Source: the human T2T-CHM13v2.0 reference genome, Homo sapiens
Strand: one strand, 5' to 3'
Assembly: GCF_009914755.1 (NCBI RefSeq)
Contig: NC_060938.1
Length of the DNA: 64,000 bases
The notes under the pieces were generated by a model. That model ran no database searches. It saw only the letters and a list, made by a program, of their open reading frames with translations, and had not been told where the DNA came from. The position numbers were made by a program, and so were the translations under genes. This document shows positions 27,290 to 41,505 of the stretch, piece after piece (the stretch's first letter is position 1; each line of letters begins with the position of its first letter).

Positions 27290-28784
27290 CTAGTACTTGA
27301 CTGCTCACTTCTGAACCAAGTACTTGGCAGGACTGAGCATTCCGCAGGGACTTTCAGGTCACCTCCTCCAGGGGTAATGGATCCGAGTTCCTTTGTGTCC
27401 TGTAACTTGAAGCTAAGAGGGACCCCTTGAGGAAGAATAAACAGAGGGGTGAAGGGGTCAGTGCAGGGAAGAGAAGGCAGTGGGGAACTGGGCAAGTAGG
27501 GAAAGGAGGGATGCTGGGCACGATGCAGTGCGATTCCTGCCAAAGAGAAAAGGTGCTTTGAATGAAGTCCAGGAAGCTTCAGATCTGAGGCCCAGTGAGG
27601 AGAAGGGACTTGCCCAAGGCCAGGCCTGGAGGAGGATCTGTGTATCTGAATCTTCAGGCTGGCACCCAGATGGCTGATGCTGGTCACTGGCTTGCCAGGC
27701 TGGAAAGCAGGAGGTTGGGCTTACCTTGAGTCAGCCCTCCTCCTCCAGGAAGCAGGCAGACTTCCTCAGCTATGCCGGGTCTGTGTGCAGCTCTGATTTA
27801 TTTCGAGATTTTCCTTGTCTGAATCAGAGATGGTTTTTCTTGGCAAATTGCGACTTTTTCAGAAGGCAAAAATGCAGTCTCCTCGTAGTCTGGGTCAGCG
27901 TAATCCCCTGTTTGTTTATCCAGGCTCAGTGTGTTTGAGGCTAGAGCCAGAGCCAGCCAGGGGTGAGGGTCCGACCCAGCCCAGACAGCTTTATAGCTGG
28001 ATTTGCAAACTCCAGCGAGGTTCCAGCTCTGGATCTTCCTGATCCTTGGTGTGGTGTGGCTGGGTGCCTTGGGGTTTCTATGTGCACTACTTTAGAGGTG
28101 CTCATTGGGGGGGGGGTCCCTTTTCTGCTTCCCAGGACTTTATTTCAGAGTACAAGTGAAACAAGAGCCTGCTTCACATATCAATTTGGGAGGAAAGTCT
28201 AGATTAATGGAGAATTCTTTGAACTCCATTTTGCCTAATTAATGTACCCATCTGAGTAGAGTTATTAATATTATATATCTTCAAAGCCTGAATAGTTAAA
28301 GCATGCGTATATTAAATATAATGCTTCCTCTGCTTATGTATGTTCTTATTTTCTACACTTGTCATAAATTTAACAGTTGGGGTCAAGCCCCCAACTCTTA
28401 GGTGGTGTTGATGCTGGGATATTGGACAGGGAAAGATACCTTTCTGGAGAAGGAATGACCATCTGGAAGTCTCTGTACACTGGAGTGAAACTCTCTGGAG
28501 GGTCCTGATCCCTCAGGAAGGTCTCTTCCAGGAGCTGGGAGTCTCCCCGGGGTTGCAAGCTTGCAAGCTGCATAGGAAGAGACCTTCTTGAGGTGGCATC
28601 TCATGTCTTTATAGTGACTGTCCAGCATCTGCCACATCAGAGATCCCTGGAGGCTCTATGCTCGCCCATTATGGAAGGAAGAGGGAGGAGGCACCCCATT
28701 TGCTGAAGCCTTTCCCTTCCATTCCCTACTCCATCTGCCTCCCCCAAACAATTTCAGTCTGAGGGCTGTGGAAGAGTCCTAATA

Positions 28785-29022
28785 AACATAGCTACCATTT
28801 ATTGAGTATTTACAGTGTGCCAGGCTACAAGCTTTACATGCATCATCTCACTATTCCTCATGACCAATCCATGGAATGAGCATTCTTATTTTACAGATGA
28901 AGAAGCTGAGGCTCAGAGAGGTTAAGTGACTTGCCTAAGGTCATGCGGCAAGTAAGTCATAGAGCTGGGATTTGAAATCCTGGTCTGTCTGATTCTAAAC
29001 GCCATACTCTTAACTACTGTGC
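28785..29022 (-). mobile_element. MIR (MIRb-like, nearly full length)
   Basis: TTTACAGATGAAGAAGCTGAGGCTCAGAGAGGTTAAGTGACTTGCCTAAGGTCA..GGGATTTGAA. Confidence 0.88.
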
Positions 29023-29658
29023 TACGTTGGCCACAGAGATGCCTGAGAAACCGAGTGCTTTCTAAGACATTGGGGTGTTTTAGAGACATGTCCTGGAAGC
29101 TGTGTGAGAGGGAAGCCTGGGGCTCAGGGAAGCCAGAGTATTGAATCTTGGAGGCTTCTTTGGGAATCCAAGCCCCTGGAGAAGAAGGGAGGGATATGAT
29201 CTCCCGGGGGAAAAGTACAACTCAATAAAGAGCTTCTTGGTTCTGGATTAAACACAGGTGGAACTGCTTCTTACTGGTAATTGGGAGTTTGGCCAGATTG
29301 TGGGGCTTGTTTCTTGGTCGGACAGGGAAGGAGGCAGCCCCAGAGGCGTTAGGCTGACGAAGGAAAAGAGAGGCCTTCTTACTCAGAAACCTCTTCCTGG
29401 TGTCTGGGCCAAGCTAGGATCAGTCTCTTTTCTGGAGATGCAAGTAGGGTCTGGTACAGGACTTGAGAGTTCGGCCCCACATCTGTGGTGACCCTCCCCT
29501 AGGGAGGCAGAGACGTGGCTGGGGGAGCAGCCCCAACCCCTGTATCCACTTCAGAGATGGGCTGTGGAATCCACATGTGCTTCTGCTGCTTGGCTTCTGG
29601 ATCATTCCTGATTCTGTTCCCACCTCTGCCCTCACCCCTTTCATCCCCAGTGACGGTA

Positions 29659-29727
29659 CCCCTGACAGCACCCTTCCCACTCCCCTGACAGCACCCTTCT
29701 CACCCCCCTGACAGCACCCTTCCCACC
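29659..29727 (+). repeat. 23-bp tandem repeat x3 (CCCCTGACAGCACCCTTCYCACY)
   Basis: Units start at 29659, 29682 and 29705. Confidence 0.92.
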
Positions 29728-31064
29728 TCTGCACCTCTCCAGCCAGTTACCGAGGGACCTCACTGCCCATCCCACCACACTGCCCGTCCCAGAAGGCCGT
29801 CAGCTGCCGGATCACCTCACTTGAGAGGTCTGTAGGGGCACTTGCGATGTGCCAAAAACATTGCTCAGGTTGGATGGATGTGCTCTTGGCATGAGGGTGA
29901 GCAGAAACCGAGTCCTCTTTTGTGCAACATTATGTTTAAATTGCTTGAACCAAACTGTGGCTTTGGGGCAGGGCTGTTTTTCCCCTTAGCAGCTGACTGG
30001 GTGCAGAGGAACAACACCGAGTCAGTTCCAGCCACTTTTTCTGGGTAAGTGATGGCAGCCAGGTCACTGGGCTGGGGTTTTAGGAGTAGGAGGTCTGAGG
30101 AAGGGCCCCTGGGTATGCAAGAGAAAGGGTCAGGAAATGGGAGTTCCTGGGCCTCAGGGCTTAGGCCTCAGAAAAGCTCTGTCAAGGGAGGACCTTGAGA
30201 GCCTGGCCAGCTAGTGGCTTCTGAAGCCGGCTTCCCAGGCAAGGACACTCGCACCCCAGTGCCTGATGCAGCTCTTGGCCTGGAGCTGGGAATGCAGGGG
30301 GTGACCTGATTCCATTGCATTTGCTGAAGTAGGCTGGAACCAGAGATGGCGACAGCTGCTTCCAGAATCTTCCTCTAAACCATCTCCTGTGTTGATTCTT
30401 CTTTTCCATCTCCACTGCCACAGTGTAGCCCGGGCTGCTGTCAACACCTCATGCTTGCATTTGTGCCAGTGCCTCTTAACTGTCCATTTTGCATTTATTC
30501 TCTTTCCCCTTCACTCTGTTCTGCCCTCTGTGGCCAGAACAAGCAGCTGAAAACATCAGTTTTATGGAGTGACTTTCCTACCCAAGCTTCCACGGGTTCT
30601 TTCTGGGCCACAGAACTGAGGCTCGGCTGTCTTGAGGGAGCCATCCCACCTTCACACAGACATCTGGCAGCAGCCACATGGGCGTCTCCTCTGTCTCCTG
30701 CGCACGCATGGCCGTTTTATTCAGGGTGCTCTCCTCTGCCTGACATGCCTTTCCTCGTCTCAGCCATGAGGCCAAATGTTATTTATCCTTCAAGGGGCAG
30801 CCTGAGTCCCGCTCCCTCCGGGCAGTCTTCCCAGCTGCCCCAACTCCTCCTTCTCCAAGACCTTCAGCTCCACTCGCTGTCGTCCTCTGGACAATTCCAT
30901 GACAGGCGGGCAGTGTATAGCTCTTCCTTGTTTGTTGGTCTTTTCTCTTGACCCAGAGCATTGGCTTTTGGAGGAAGGAGCCAGATCATGTTCTTTGGGA
31001 GCTGACAGCAGGCGCTGGGTCAAGCCTCTAATGAGCACTTAAGAAATAATTGTTGAATTGATCA

Positions 31065-31230
31065 ACAGGAAATAAGCTTAGATTGCAGCACAAGGGATTT
31101 AGGTTGGATTTAAGGAAGGATTTCTAGAGAGCCATTAGATGTTTAGAAAGGATGGCTGAGGGAGACTATGGCAGTACCAGGTCTTACCACAATTATGAAA
31201 AATAAGAGAAGATTCTCCTGAAAATCAGGG
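31065..31230 (+). mobile_element. L3/CR1 LINE fragment
   Basis: TTGCAGCACAAGGGATTTAGGTTGGATTTAAGGAAGGATTTCT resembles the CR1 ORF2 C-terminal RFRLDIRKNF region. Confidence 0.55.
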
Positions 31231-33017
31231 GATGTGGCGGTGGCAGCTGTCAAGGTTTACATGGAGAAAGGTGGGGAAGGAGAGAAAGAAATGGCCACGC
31301 TTTAGTGTCCAGTTAAAGGACTACAGACTTTTGGCTGGAATCTGCCTTTCTACTTCTGATTCTTGTCATTAGCTGAGGGCTTTCTTCACTTTTCCCTCCT
31401 GTGACGCAGCTTGAGTCAAGCTATACCTCAAGGCGTGGGATGAGAAGTGGAGCAGGTGTCGCGCAGGGAGCGGGGCACTGACCTCACCAGGGCCAAAGCC
31501 ATGGAGCATCCGCCTGTTCTGGCAGTCCAAAGAGTGGCTTTGCCATCCCGTTCCTCAGAACCCGAGCTGTTCCTCAACCCTCCAACAGGTGCGTGGTGGG
31601 TTGTATGGTGAAGGCATGCTCAAGGGAACGGGAACACCCTTCTTCACCACTACCCTCTGTGTTTCACAAAACACGAGTCCACCAGCGGGGTGCTTTGTTT
31701 TGCCTGCAGATGTGTGAAGCCACAGGCACAGCCCCTGAACAGGAACAGCTTCCTGAAGGGCTCAGGAGGGGGTCAGTGGCTTTATAGTAAACTTGCTGTT
31801 TTGCTGTAGAATGCACGACTATGTTACAGGTGATGAGCTTCCTCTGCTGCGCTGGGGCCTTCCGGGACTTTACTACCACGCCACCCTCAGCCCCACATGC
31901 CTCCTCCTGTCCCTGGGGCTGGGGGTGTGCTGAGTGAAAGGAGTGGTAGAAGTGAGGAACAAAGCCGCCACAAAGGCATCAGGAGGAATGGGGGCAGTGG
32001 GAGCTGGAGGAACCTTTCGGTGCCATTTGGGCTTCAGATGCAGCATTGTTCATACAGGTGCAGCCCTCTCCTCCAGCTCTCAAAGGCCGGATTAGGCACA
32101 TTCAGTCTTTGTTCTGATATCACAGCCGGCCTCTGCTCTATTCATTCAAAGGCGGCTTTGTGGTCCTGGGGACCGACCCCTGTGCTTTGGGAGCCCCTGT
32201 GCCGGAAGATGGAGAGACACTGGCAGGGCAGTGCGGCTTTTTCCTGGTGACCACTTACAGGAGCTGTGATGGAGTGGGCGGGGGGTGCAGAGCAAAGGCA
32301 GCTCTGGCAGGGCTGGAAGTATTTTGGGGACGCTGGCAGCAGTTCTTCTGTCACCTTCTGTAAGCCGATGAGACATTCTGAGCAATTCTGACGGAAGCTG
32401 TGCAAGACTACACCAACCTAGGGCAGTAGTTTTAAAATTTCTTGAAGACATGGAACTCTTCTTACACCAAATCAGACTGCATCCTCAGAGGCCAGACCAC
32501 TGAGAGAGTTTTAATGATGAGTATACTTAGGGTGACATACATTATGGGGTGCAGAGCAAAAGTTTAAACGGATCGATTCTCTGATCCGTTTCACCCATAG
32601 CAAGCGCAGGTGAAAAAGGGTAAAGTTTTCTTACAAAATACATCTTTACGATATAGTTTTTATCTTACTCTTTTACTTCAACCCAGTGGCCCTTCTGGGA
32701 AAGGTCTAAACAAAAAGTAGATGTTTAGTGTACTAGTATTTTATTTATTTTCAGAAACAGGATGGCAGTTGTAGGCTTGTAATAACATCGTTCTCCCATT
32801 TAAAATGTTCATTATTTTTAAAAATTCATTATGGCTGTTTCTGAAAAATGAAAGACTTTTTTTTTCACTACGGTTAGTTAACACATGTACTGTTTCTGAA
32901 TTTAAAACTCGAAATATCTTCCACCTCTTTTTGTCATGGTTCTTTATACAGCTGTGTGTTAAAAATCACTGTAATACAAAATTAGAAAGAAATGAGCTCA
33001 CACAAATGTAAAAGACA

Positions 33018-33308
<291 letters not shown>

Positions 33309-33479
33309 AGAAAATTGGCTATTTCACAAAATATACGAACTTTGACTTTGTTTGCAAACCAATATCTAGAATCCTTGCTAACTTCAGTGAAAGTATGTTG
33401 AAACCATGGGATGCAGTTTAAAAAACTGATTTAGTCAATAATAGAAGTATTAATGTAGTAACATCTAAGATTTTTCAAA

Positions 33480-33670
33480 CAGTTTTTATGTGCCAACCCA
33501 CTCCTTTATTCTCAGAACATCTTCGATACTGTAACTGCCATATTTCCCTGCCTTAACAGATGAGGAAACTGAGGCTCATAGAGGTATGTATCTTGATCAA
33601 GGTCCAAGGACCAAGGACTGGATCCCAGGTGTGTCTCACTGAAAGTCCATGTTTTTACCGCCTGCCTTGC
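33480..33670 (-). mobile_element. MIR
   Basis: ACAGATGAGGAAACTGAGGCTCATAGAGGT. Confidence 0.7.
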
Positions 33671-34299
33671 ATTTTCTGCCCAGTACAGAGGACCTTCCCA
33701 AGCAGCACCCCTTTCTTTGCTGTGTCCCGTTGAAGGCTCACATCTCGTTTCTGTTAGAAGCATCACACCTGATTGACGACTGGGGTATTGTCATTGGCCC
33801 AGGGCTTTGACACTGAGTTAGTCTGGCATCCATCTCCATCCACCGAGGCATACATGAGGACAGCCCCTTCCCCCACATCAGAAATAGAATGGCATTGATT
33901 CTGAATTTTGTCCCTCCTATTTTCGTCCTGCTATGTTAGAGAGCAGCTCCCCAGGAGAGAGACAGAGCAATCTCCAATCTAGCCAGATGGGGCAGGAAGG
34001 ATGGGGTGGGACTGAACCACAGGGGAGAAGTGTTGGGTCCTAGAAAAATTGCTGCTGAGGTCCAGGTGTTATGGCCTTTGAAGGACTCAGCATCTTTGTT
34101 TAGTCCTACTCCTCTCCTTTTTAAGGGAATAGATGGGAGGAGGTAAGAATGTGGTGGTAGGATCTTAGAAACCTACATCTTCTTTACTAAATTATGCAAA
34201 AACATCATTTGCTGAGCCTTTACGTAGTCCAAGGCTGGATTGAGGGTTTAGCTCCTTTGGATCTTCACACAGTTCCTTGGTCCTTGTTGGCTGACATAT

Positions 34300-34495
34300 A
34301 ATGGAGCCATAGGTCTGGGTTTGAATTCTGATTATATGGCCTTGATCAATTGCTCAACTTTTCTGAGTCTCAGTTTTTCCATCTGCAAAGTGGGATGCAG
34401 AAGATTACCTCTTGGGTGGTTGTCAGGATCAATTAAAATAATTTATTTAAAATTCTTAGCCCTGCCCCTGGCACATAGAAGGCATACAATAAATG
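34300..34495 (+). mobile_element. MIR
   Basis: CTGGGTTTGAATTCTG..TCTGAGTCTCAGTTTTTCCATCTGCAAAGTGGG..CTGGCACATAG. Confidence 0.75.
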
Positions 34496-37400
34496 AGAAT
34501 CCCCTGGAAACTTATTTCTATTCTACTACGACTTCTTCCTCTCTAATTCCCTCTTAGAATGCTGTAAAATTTCAGCAGTGCAATTGGGTGCTTTATAGTC
34601 TAGGTTTTAGATAAATGTAGTCTTCTTTCTTGGAACTTCTGTACTAAAATATAATTTTTAAGGCAGTTTTCTGGTGGAGACAGGGACCCCAAATAGATTT
34701 AGATCTGGCATGGGGAATCTGTTTAAGGTAAAGCAACCTCTATTTTAAGTGTCTCCTTCAGAGATGCTTTTAAATGCACCAAAAGTTGGGGAGATATACC
34801 TTATCGAGGTAAAAAGGAGAAAATTGAAAATTGTCTTTTTCTGCTTTCCCTAGAAGAAATAGTTTCTTATACAAGACCAAACACTCCAGCACAAGTCATC
34901 CTTAGCCCTATCTTTTTGGAGGCCGATCAGAAGGCAGTCAGCCCTGTATTTTAACCTAGCCTAAGTACTCTGATTAGCTTGAGCAACTTCAGAAGTTGGC
35001 CTGTGGCCTCCCGAGCCCCTCTTCCAGCTAGTTTGCTGGGGTCTCTTTAGAGTTGATGTGTTTTTCTGGATCAGGTCAGGAACGGAATTGCCTTTTAAAG
35101 AGACACCTGTGTTGTGACCCAGACCAAGAAGAACCTCCTCCAAGGAGCTTGCTACATGTGGGTGGCAGCACGGGGGTGGTTGTGCTTTGGTGTATCCCCA
35201 CTCTGAAGTCTGTGCCTGGGACCTGACTCCGCAGCTCAAGGGTACTAAGGCCCTAGAAGGATGTGAAATAGGAACAGTGAGGATTGCGTCCACAGGACCA
35301 TGAGGGGCAGGAACTATGGCAGTGTGCCCCTCCCTGCAGATCCTGTGCCTAGCACAGTGGCTGACCTTAGAAGGGGGTTAGTAAATTTTATGGAATGAAT
35401 GAATGTGGCAAGTTGTGGAGCTAGTGTATGAAACTACCTTCAGGTTTTGAATTGTTTTGCAAGGAAACGAATGCCAGGGGAGTTTTGTCCTAAGGGCATC
35501 TTTCAGCAATGATGGGAGAGCCAATGTCCCTCCACATCCCTCCCCTACCTGAAGCTAGAGCTGCATGTCTTGCAAGGTCTTATTTTTGGCCCCGTGATTT
35601 TCATTTCTCCCCCATTCTCCCAGTTGACGACATATCACCACCGTTTGTCACCTTCTAGTCTAAGGGCCCATACAGGTTACATGTGTGCCCTAGAGAGGCT
35701 GCTGAGTGCCGCTGGCAGCCCCTATCACAGCACCACTTTGGCTTGGGACATTAGAGTTCATCCCAACTGGTGAGATTCAGAGCTGCATCATAGGGAAGGC
35801 TGAAGACTGCCTGTCTGTGTCATCTGAGCTGAAGAGGGAGACTACGTGGTGAGGATGCAGTTGCCTGGGTAGACGCTGCCCGAGAGGGCATCTGGGCCTG
35901 TAATGCTAATGACACTGTTGAGAAAGGACACTGAGTTGTTCTGTGCTGAACTGAGAACCGTAGGTGTGACACAGAGGAACAAGTAACCCCATCCGACTTC
36001 CAGAGATCAAGAAGCCGAGAAGGCATCCTTCCTCCTTCCCCTCCCACTGCGAGTCTGGGCAAGCTTCGCTCAGTCCCCGGCCTTGTGTGGGCCATTGCCG
36101 GCCAGCGTTGGATGCTTTTGAGGTGACAGCAGAATTTGGTGTAGAACTTTGGGTGCAACTTGGCTAAAGGCAGGTCTGGGTCAATCTGTTTGGATTCTGT
36201 GTGTGCCTCACTCTCATCCCTTTAAAACAGGTGTTTTTTAGGAAACTTAGAACTAAAGAAAAGTGCCAAGAAAAAAGCCAAACCCATCTATAACCCATCT
36301 GTATTCCTACCATTCAGAGACAGTCACTATTAACATTTTGGTATATTTCCTATCTTTTGTCTCTCTTTTTCTGTCTGGAGTGGGAGGAAGATTACTTACA
36401 TATATACACACATAAGTATGTATTATATGTATGTATATTTATATACATGTTTGATATTCTGCTTTGGTTTTAGTTAATTTTATATTGTGAGCATTTCCCC
36501 GGTCAATAAAAAGTCTTGAGAACTGCATTGAAGGCTGGGTGAAAAGTCTTTAGTACCGAGTCTTTTGGGTGTTATCCTTCGCATCAGAAAAGCCTGTGGA
36601 GTTCCCGTTCTTTGAGAGTGTGCAGGCTTTGCTTGGTGTGCCCTGCATTCTCTCTGGGAGTAGATCCACCCACCCCTTGCTATCTTGTTTCTACAGGACT
36701 GCTTAACAGATGGGATCTGCTAAGTGCAAAAGCAAGGGTCTCTCAATCAGTTTGCCTAATCCCATGTTTGAGGGAAATCTGACCTTAAGGGTTATAAATG
36801 TCTGGACTAATAGAAAAAGATCCTCGTAGTCAAATACAGGTTTTTATCCTTAAAAGAAAGATCTTTGCTCTGCCCTGGAACTGAAAGGGTTAGTACATGG
36901 AAGAACCATTCTTTCTCTCCCTCAGGAGTGGGTTTGCTTTGGTTTTCCACTGATCTCCCGTTCCTGCCTGTAGAATTTGACATGGTTTTATTTACTTTTC
37001 CTTGGCCCAGTTTGGGTCAACAGGATTTCTCTCCTGCTCAGAACAGCCTCACAGTTGTGCGAAGTCAGACGTGAGCCTGGGGCCTGGGCAGCGGTCATCA
37101 ATCCTTGCCTGAGCGACGCAGTGGGGATTTTCAGCTTGAGATGGTCTGACAGCACCAGCGCCACCGCCAGTCCCACACGGGCCAAGCTATTTCTTCTCCC
37201 CTTTTGCCTGTGACTTCGAAAGCATTTTGTGTGTGTGTTTGAGGGTATGCACACATGCATGCTCACATGTGTGCATGTATGTGCTTTTGTGTTTGGTGAT
37301 CTGAAGCCAGGCATCAATCAGTACAGCAGGATCTCAAATGACAGTGGAAATAGCAATGAAAGGAAGCACACGAGTTAAACACACACAGCCCCAACAGAAT

Positions 37401-38621
37401 TCGATGATATAGCAAGACTGGGATTTCCTCTTCTGTTTGTTTTAGTCTGCACTTGCTCAGCTTCATTCCCAGGGCTTAGTGCTGTAAGGGAGTGGATTTC
37501 CTCAAGTGCTGTGGATAAAGCATTTCTTCCTCTGTTATCTCCCTTGTCAGTGTAAATCTCTCCACTGTGTAAGTGGAAATGAAGATGAGCCTGTGTGTAT
37601 GCCATAGGATTTCACCCAAATTAAACAGGCACTTAAATGACATTTTCCTTCATGATAATCCTATGACACTGAAATATACCAGTTCTCCATTTTGTTATTA
37701 CAGAGCCATGACATACTCTCCAGGGGCTGGGAGAGTATAGTACTCTGCCTCTTCTTCCTGCTATGTTTAGAATTTGTGTGGCAGTCTTTTATCGTGGGTG
37801 GGCTATGTTGAGGCTGTTTTGGGCCCTTTTGTATTGATAAGGGGAACAGTCGGTGGTAAAAGCACAATATGCGAGTGGATAAATATTTTCTAAGGTTAGA
37901 AAACGAATAGCAGCAACACCAAGAATCCCGTGTAGTGGCGTCGTGAGGGCTAACGGCAGCTCTGCAGCAGGATGAGAAAGGAGACCCAGACAAGAGGAGA
38001 GTCTGTCTTGCAGGTTCAGTGGCTCAGGCCTGGAGAGTGGCTTTTGGGCTTCTTACCCCTTAAGATGTTGTTGGGCTGCTGCTGTATTGGGGATGGAGCA
38101 GGAAGCACACTGGGTGGGGCTCACCTGGCCCATTTGGCTCATTGAAGGAGGGACAAGCAGTGTCCATGACTTCTGTCGGTGGCGTGAGGGTCTCTTATAG
38201 GACACTGATAAGGTCTCCATTCACCTCCTTTGGGGAACATACTGTGATATCGGAGGTCTTATGTCTGGTGATGCAGAGCAGATCCAGAGGGGAGGAAAAC
38301 AAAGACTTCCAGTGCTATTGTTTTTGCAAGTAACTTAGCTGGCAGCTTTCTTCTTCCACATTCTTGGTCCTAGACTCTTGAACAAGAGCCAGTGATTGTG
38401 CCCTCCAAACGATGACTTCCTAAGGGCTCTTCTCAGTGTGAGGGTGTGTGCACGCATGTCGCTGTGTTCATCTGATGGAAGCACACATGCCTCAGCTCAT
38501 GAACAGGTTCAGCTGATCAGCCCTTTTATTTAAAGCACTATCCAACTCCCACCCCTTTCAAACTCTCCGTCGGACTCTGGGCCAGGTTAGCTTCATTTCA
38601 GCCACATTGTGAGTTACTGAG

Positions 38622-38983
38622 TGTATTAGTCTGTTCTCACGCTGCTAATAAAGACATACCCAAGACTGGGTCATTTATAAAGGAAAGAGGTTTAATAGAC
38701 TCACATTCAGCAGGGCTGGGGAAGCCTCATAATCATGGTGGAAGGCAAAGGAAGAACAAAGGCATATCTTACATGGCAGCAGGCAAGAGAGCGTGTGCAG
38801 GGAACTGCCCTTTATAAAACCATCATATCTTGTGAGATTTATTCACTATCATGAGAACAGCATGGGAAAAAACCACCCCCATGATTCAATTACTTCCCAT
38901 CGGGTCCCTCCTACCACATGTGGGGATTATGGGAGCTACAAGTCAAGATGAGATTTGGGTGGGGAAATAGCCAAACCATGTCA
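38622..38983 (-). mobile_element. THE1 (B/C-like) solo LTR, complete
   Basis: TGTATTAGTCTGTTCTCACGCTGCTAATAAAGACATACCCAAGACTGGG..GATGAGATTTGGGTGGGGA..CCAAACCATGTCA; 362 bp; TSD CTGAG/CTAAG. Confidence 0.93.
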
Positions 38984-40929
38984 CTAAGACATTTTGTCTC
39001 ACAGCCAGTTCCAGTGTCATCTTTATGGAAAACCAATCTCTGGATCTTACTGGCTTTTGCAAGTTCTCTCTAAGTTTGGGGCTGCCTGTTGGAATCCCAC
39101 AGTCTGCTAAAGGGACCCAGTCTCCCCTTAGCTTCTATTCTGATAACTTTTTGATAACTGGTATTTCCATTTCTCTTCTGTCTGTGATTATACAATAGTG
39201 CCACATTCACATTTACTCCTAAATTACAATGACTCTAAGACCCTCATCTGCTCAAACAGTAACTCCCCTTAGTCCCCACTTTGGTGTGCCTTGGATACTT
39301 GCACAAATAAGTTATAATTTCCCCTTTGCCCAAAGGATGCTTATTGCTGGCTGTGCCCATGGTGAAAGCCAGGTCCAGGTGAGTGGGACTATCTCCCACT
39401 GCTGCCAAAGCTGTCGATTCAGGTGCCAGAGCAGGGATGGGCTTCATGCAGAGGTGGGAAGAAGGACCCACCTCATTTCTGTTTCTCTTTGCCATCTAGC
39501 TCTGTGAGTGCCCAGAATCTCTCAAGGGGAACTTGAATCTTTTGGATGCCACTTTCAGCTTCTGCATCTCCCACTTTGTCCAGAATCTCTACAAGTCTCT
39601 TGCGAAAACAATTCTGTCTGTTTTGGGATCTTGTCTTTCCAACCAGAGGGGTTCAGTCACTGCCCAGCACCCAGTTGTATTGAGACCAACCCCAGCCATC
39701 TTCCCCACTCCCCACTGAACTTCTCCCTCAGTCCCCTAGTGGTAAAACACATCTCACATATCACTGGGTGCAAAGAGCTACCAGTGATGATGAGCTGAGG
39801 ATGGTGGCCCAGGGTCCGGTGGCACAGGAGTATCCAGCGCTCACTGCCACAAGCCAGCAGGCTCAGTGCCATGCTAGATATTTGTGTTCTTAGTAATGCT
39901 CAATGAAAACTTAGAGCATATTGCTGGTCAGATCTCATAGGAGTGTTCAGGATAACTTTATAAGGAGTTACTACCCTTGGCTGAATAAATTGCTCCTGCC
40001 AGGTGGAGCGATGGTGCTAATTTAACAAACCCTTCCTATCAGATGTGTGTGTCATTGGGAGGAAGGGCAGGACGCTTAGAACCAAACAGGCATGAAGAAA
40101 CTCCTTTTGTCCTCTTTGCCTTTGCACCCCCACAAGTCTAAGTCCTCTCTTATAATCCATGATCTCTTGGATGCACCCCAAGTGTAAGACCATTTTGTGG
40201 CTCCTTGTTAATACCATCAGCTTAATCTCTATTTTTTTTCCCTCAATGCTAGTGGGCTGAGAGGATTAAAAATATCTGGATCCCTGGGTCCTGGAGAGCT
40301 CTCTGTTTATTTGATTTGTAGTGAGAGGAGTTTTTGTGCTGGTGGCAGACTTTGAGGGATGAGGAGAGGGAATGGGCATGTGACTTTCTCCAGCCTCTGC
40401 TTCCCTAGTATTTAGTGACAGGGCAGGGGTGTGTGTGCACAAGCAGAAAATAAAAATAAATGCCTTCCGTCTCTGAGTAAAAGGTTTGATGCCCTGTCGG
40501 TGATCAAGGAGGACTAAAACCTAAAGGGCATTTAAGTTGCAGGACTCCACTCATGCAAAGAAGTATTTTGATCTCCACTTGTCCTCCTTTCTCCTTCTTT
40601 CTCACGAGGATGCATGCTTCTGGCATCCCGCCCTGCCCTACCTAGCCTCGTGGAAGTCCTGTAGGGCAGCGACAAAGCCCACTGATATTCTCCATGGGCA
40701 GCAACCCTGTTCCATAAGACAGTGATAGGATTTGGTTCTTGGTGCTTTTATTTCATCCAGTTGGTCCAGATTCCACCTGGCGCATTTGCTTTTCAGCCTT
40801 GGGTAACCACCTCTCAGGAGGAGGCAGCGTGCATGTAGATGCCTAGTGTAGCACTCAGAAACTCATTGCCTTTGACTAGGCTGTAGTTCTTGGGGGCTGC
40901 TGATGGGTTTGCTAAGCTCATCATCTACA

Positions 40930-41505
40930 GTGTGGCCACACTTATTACCCAGGACACCCAGCCCCTTCGTTGGCCCAAATGTGCCCCTTCTTTTCCATCC
41001 CCACTGCTGCCTTATTCAAGCTTAGTAACCTCCTAAGTGTCTTCTCTGTTGTCTCTCATACCCTTGCCAAAGATTTCCAAAGCTCGGATCTGAGTTTGTG
41101 TTTTACTTCCTTCATTGGCTTTCAGTTTTTTAACAAAACAAAACACCAAAGACAGCTGGGAATTTTTAGGATCCTCTATGATCTCTCCCCAACCTGGCCC
41201 TAGGGGCTGATTTCTTCTATGAAGGGTCATTTCTAAACTCTATCTTGAAATTACTTTGCTTGTCTACTTAGGTGTACCTGTTGTGATTCTCTTAGCTTGT
41301 CCTTTCAACATCCCTTCCTACTTGTGAAAATCTTTTAAGACCCAGTTTATGGCTCCTTCCCTGAGAAATTCTCCTGGATCCTTTCAGTCTGAATTTACCT
41401 CTCCTTCTAGCCCTACAGAACACAGTGTCAGCTGCTCTGTCCAGCACTCAGCAGAGCCCTGAAGCATAATAGGTGCTCAGTGAGTCTTTGCCAAATGGAT
41501 GGTTC
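40930..41505 (+). mobile_element. L2 fragment
   Basis: TCCATCCCCACTGC, GTAACCTCCTAA, CATAATAGGTGCTCAGT..AATGGATGG. Confidence 0.55.

Noticed and set aside
29659-29727. Short direct repeats (also 56920 and 59161) as a CRISPR-like array
   Set aside because: Head-to-tail tandem units without unique spacers, in primate intronic DNA with no cas genes.
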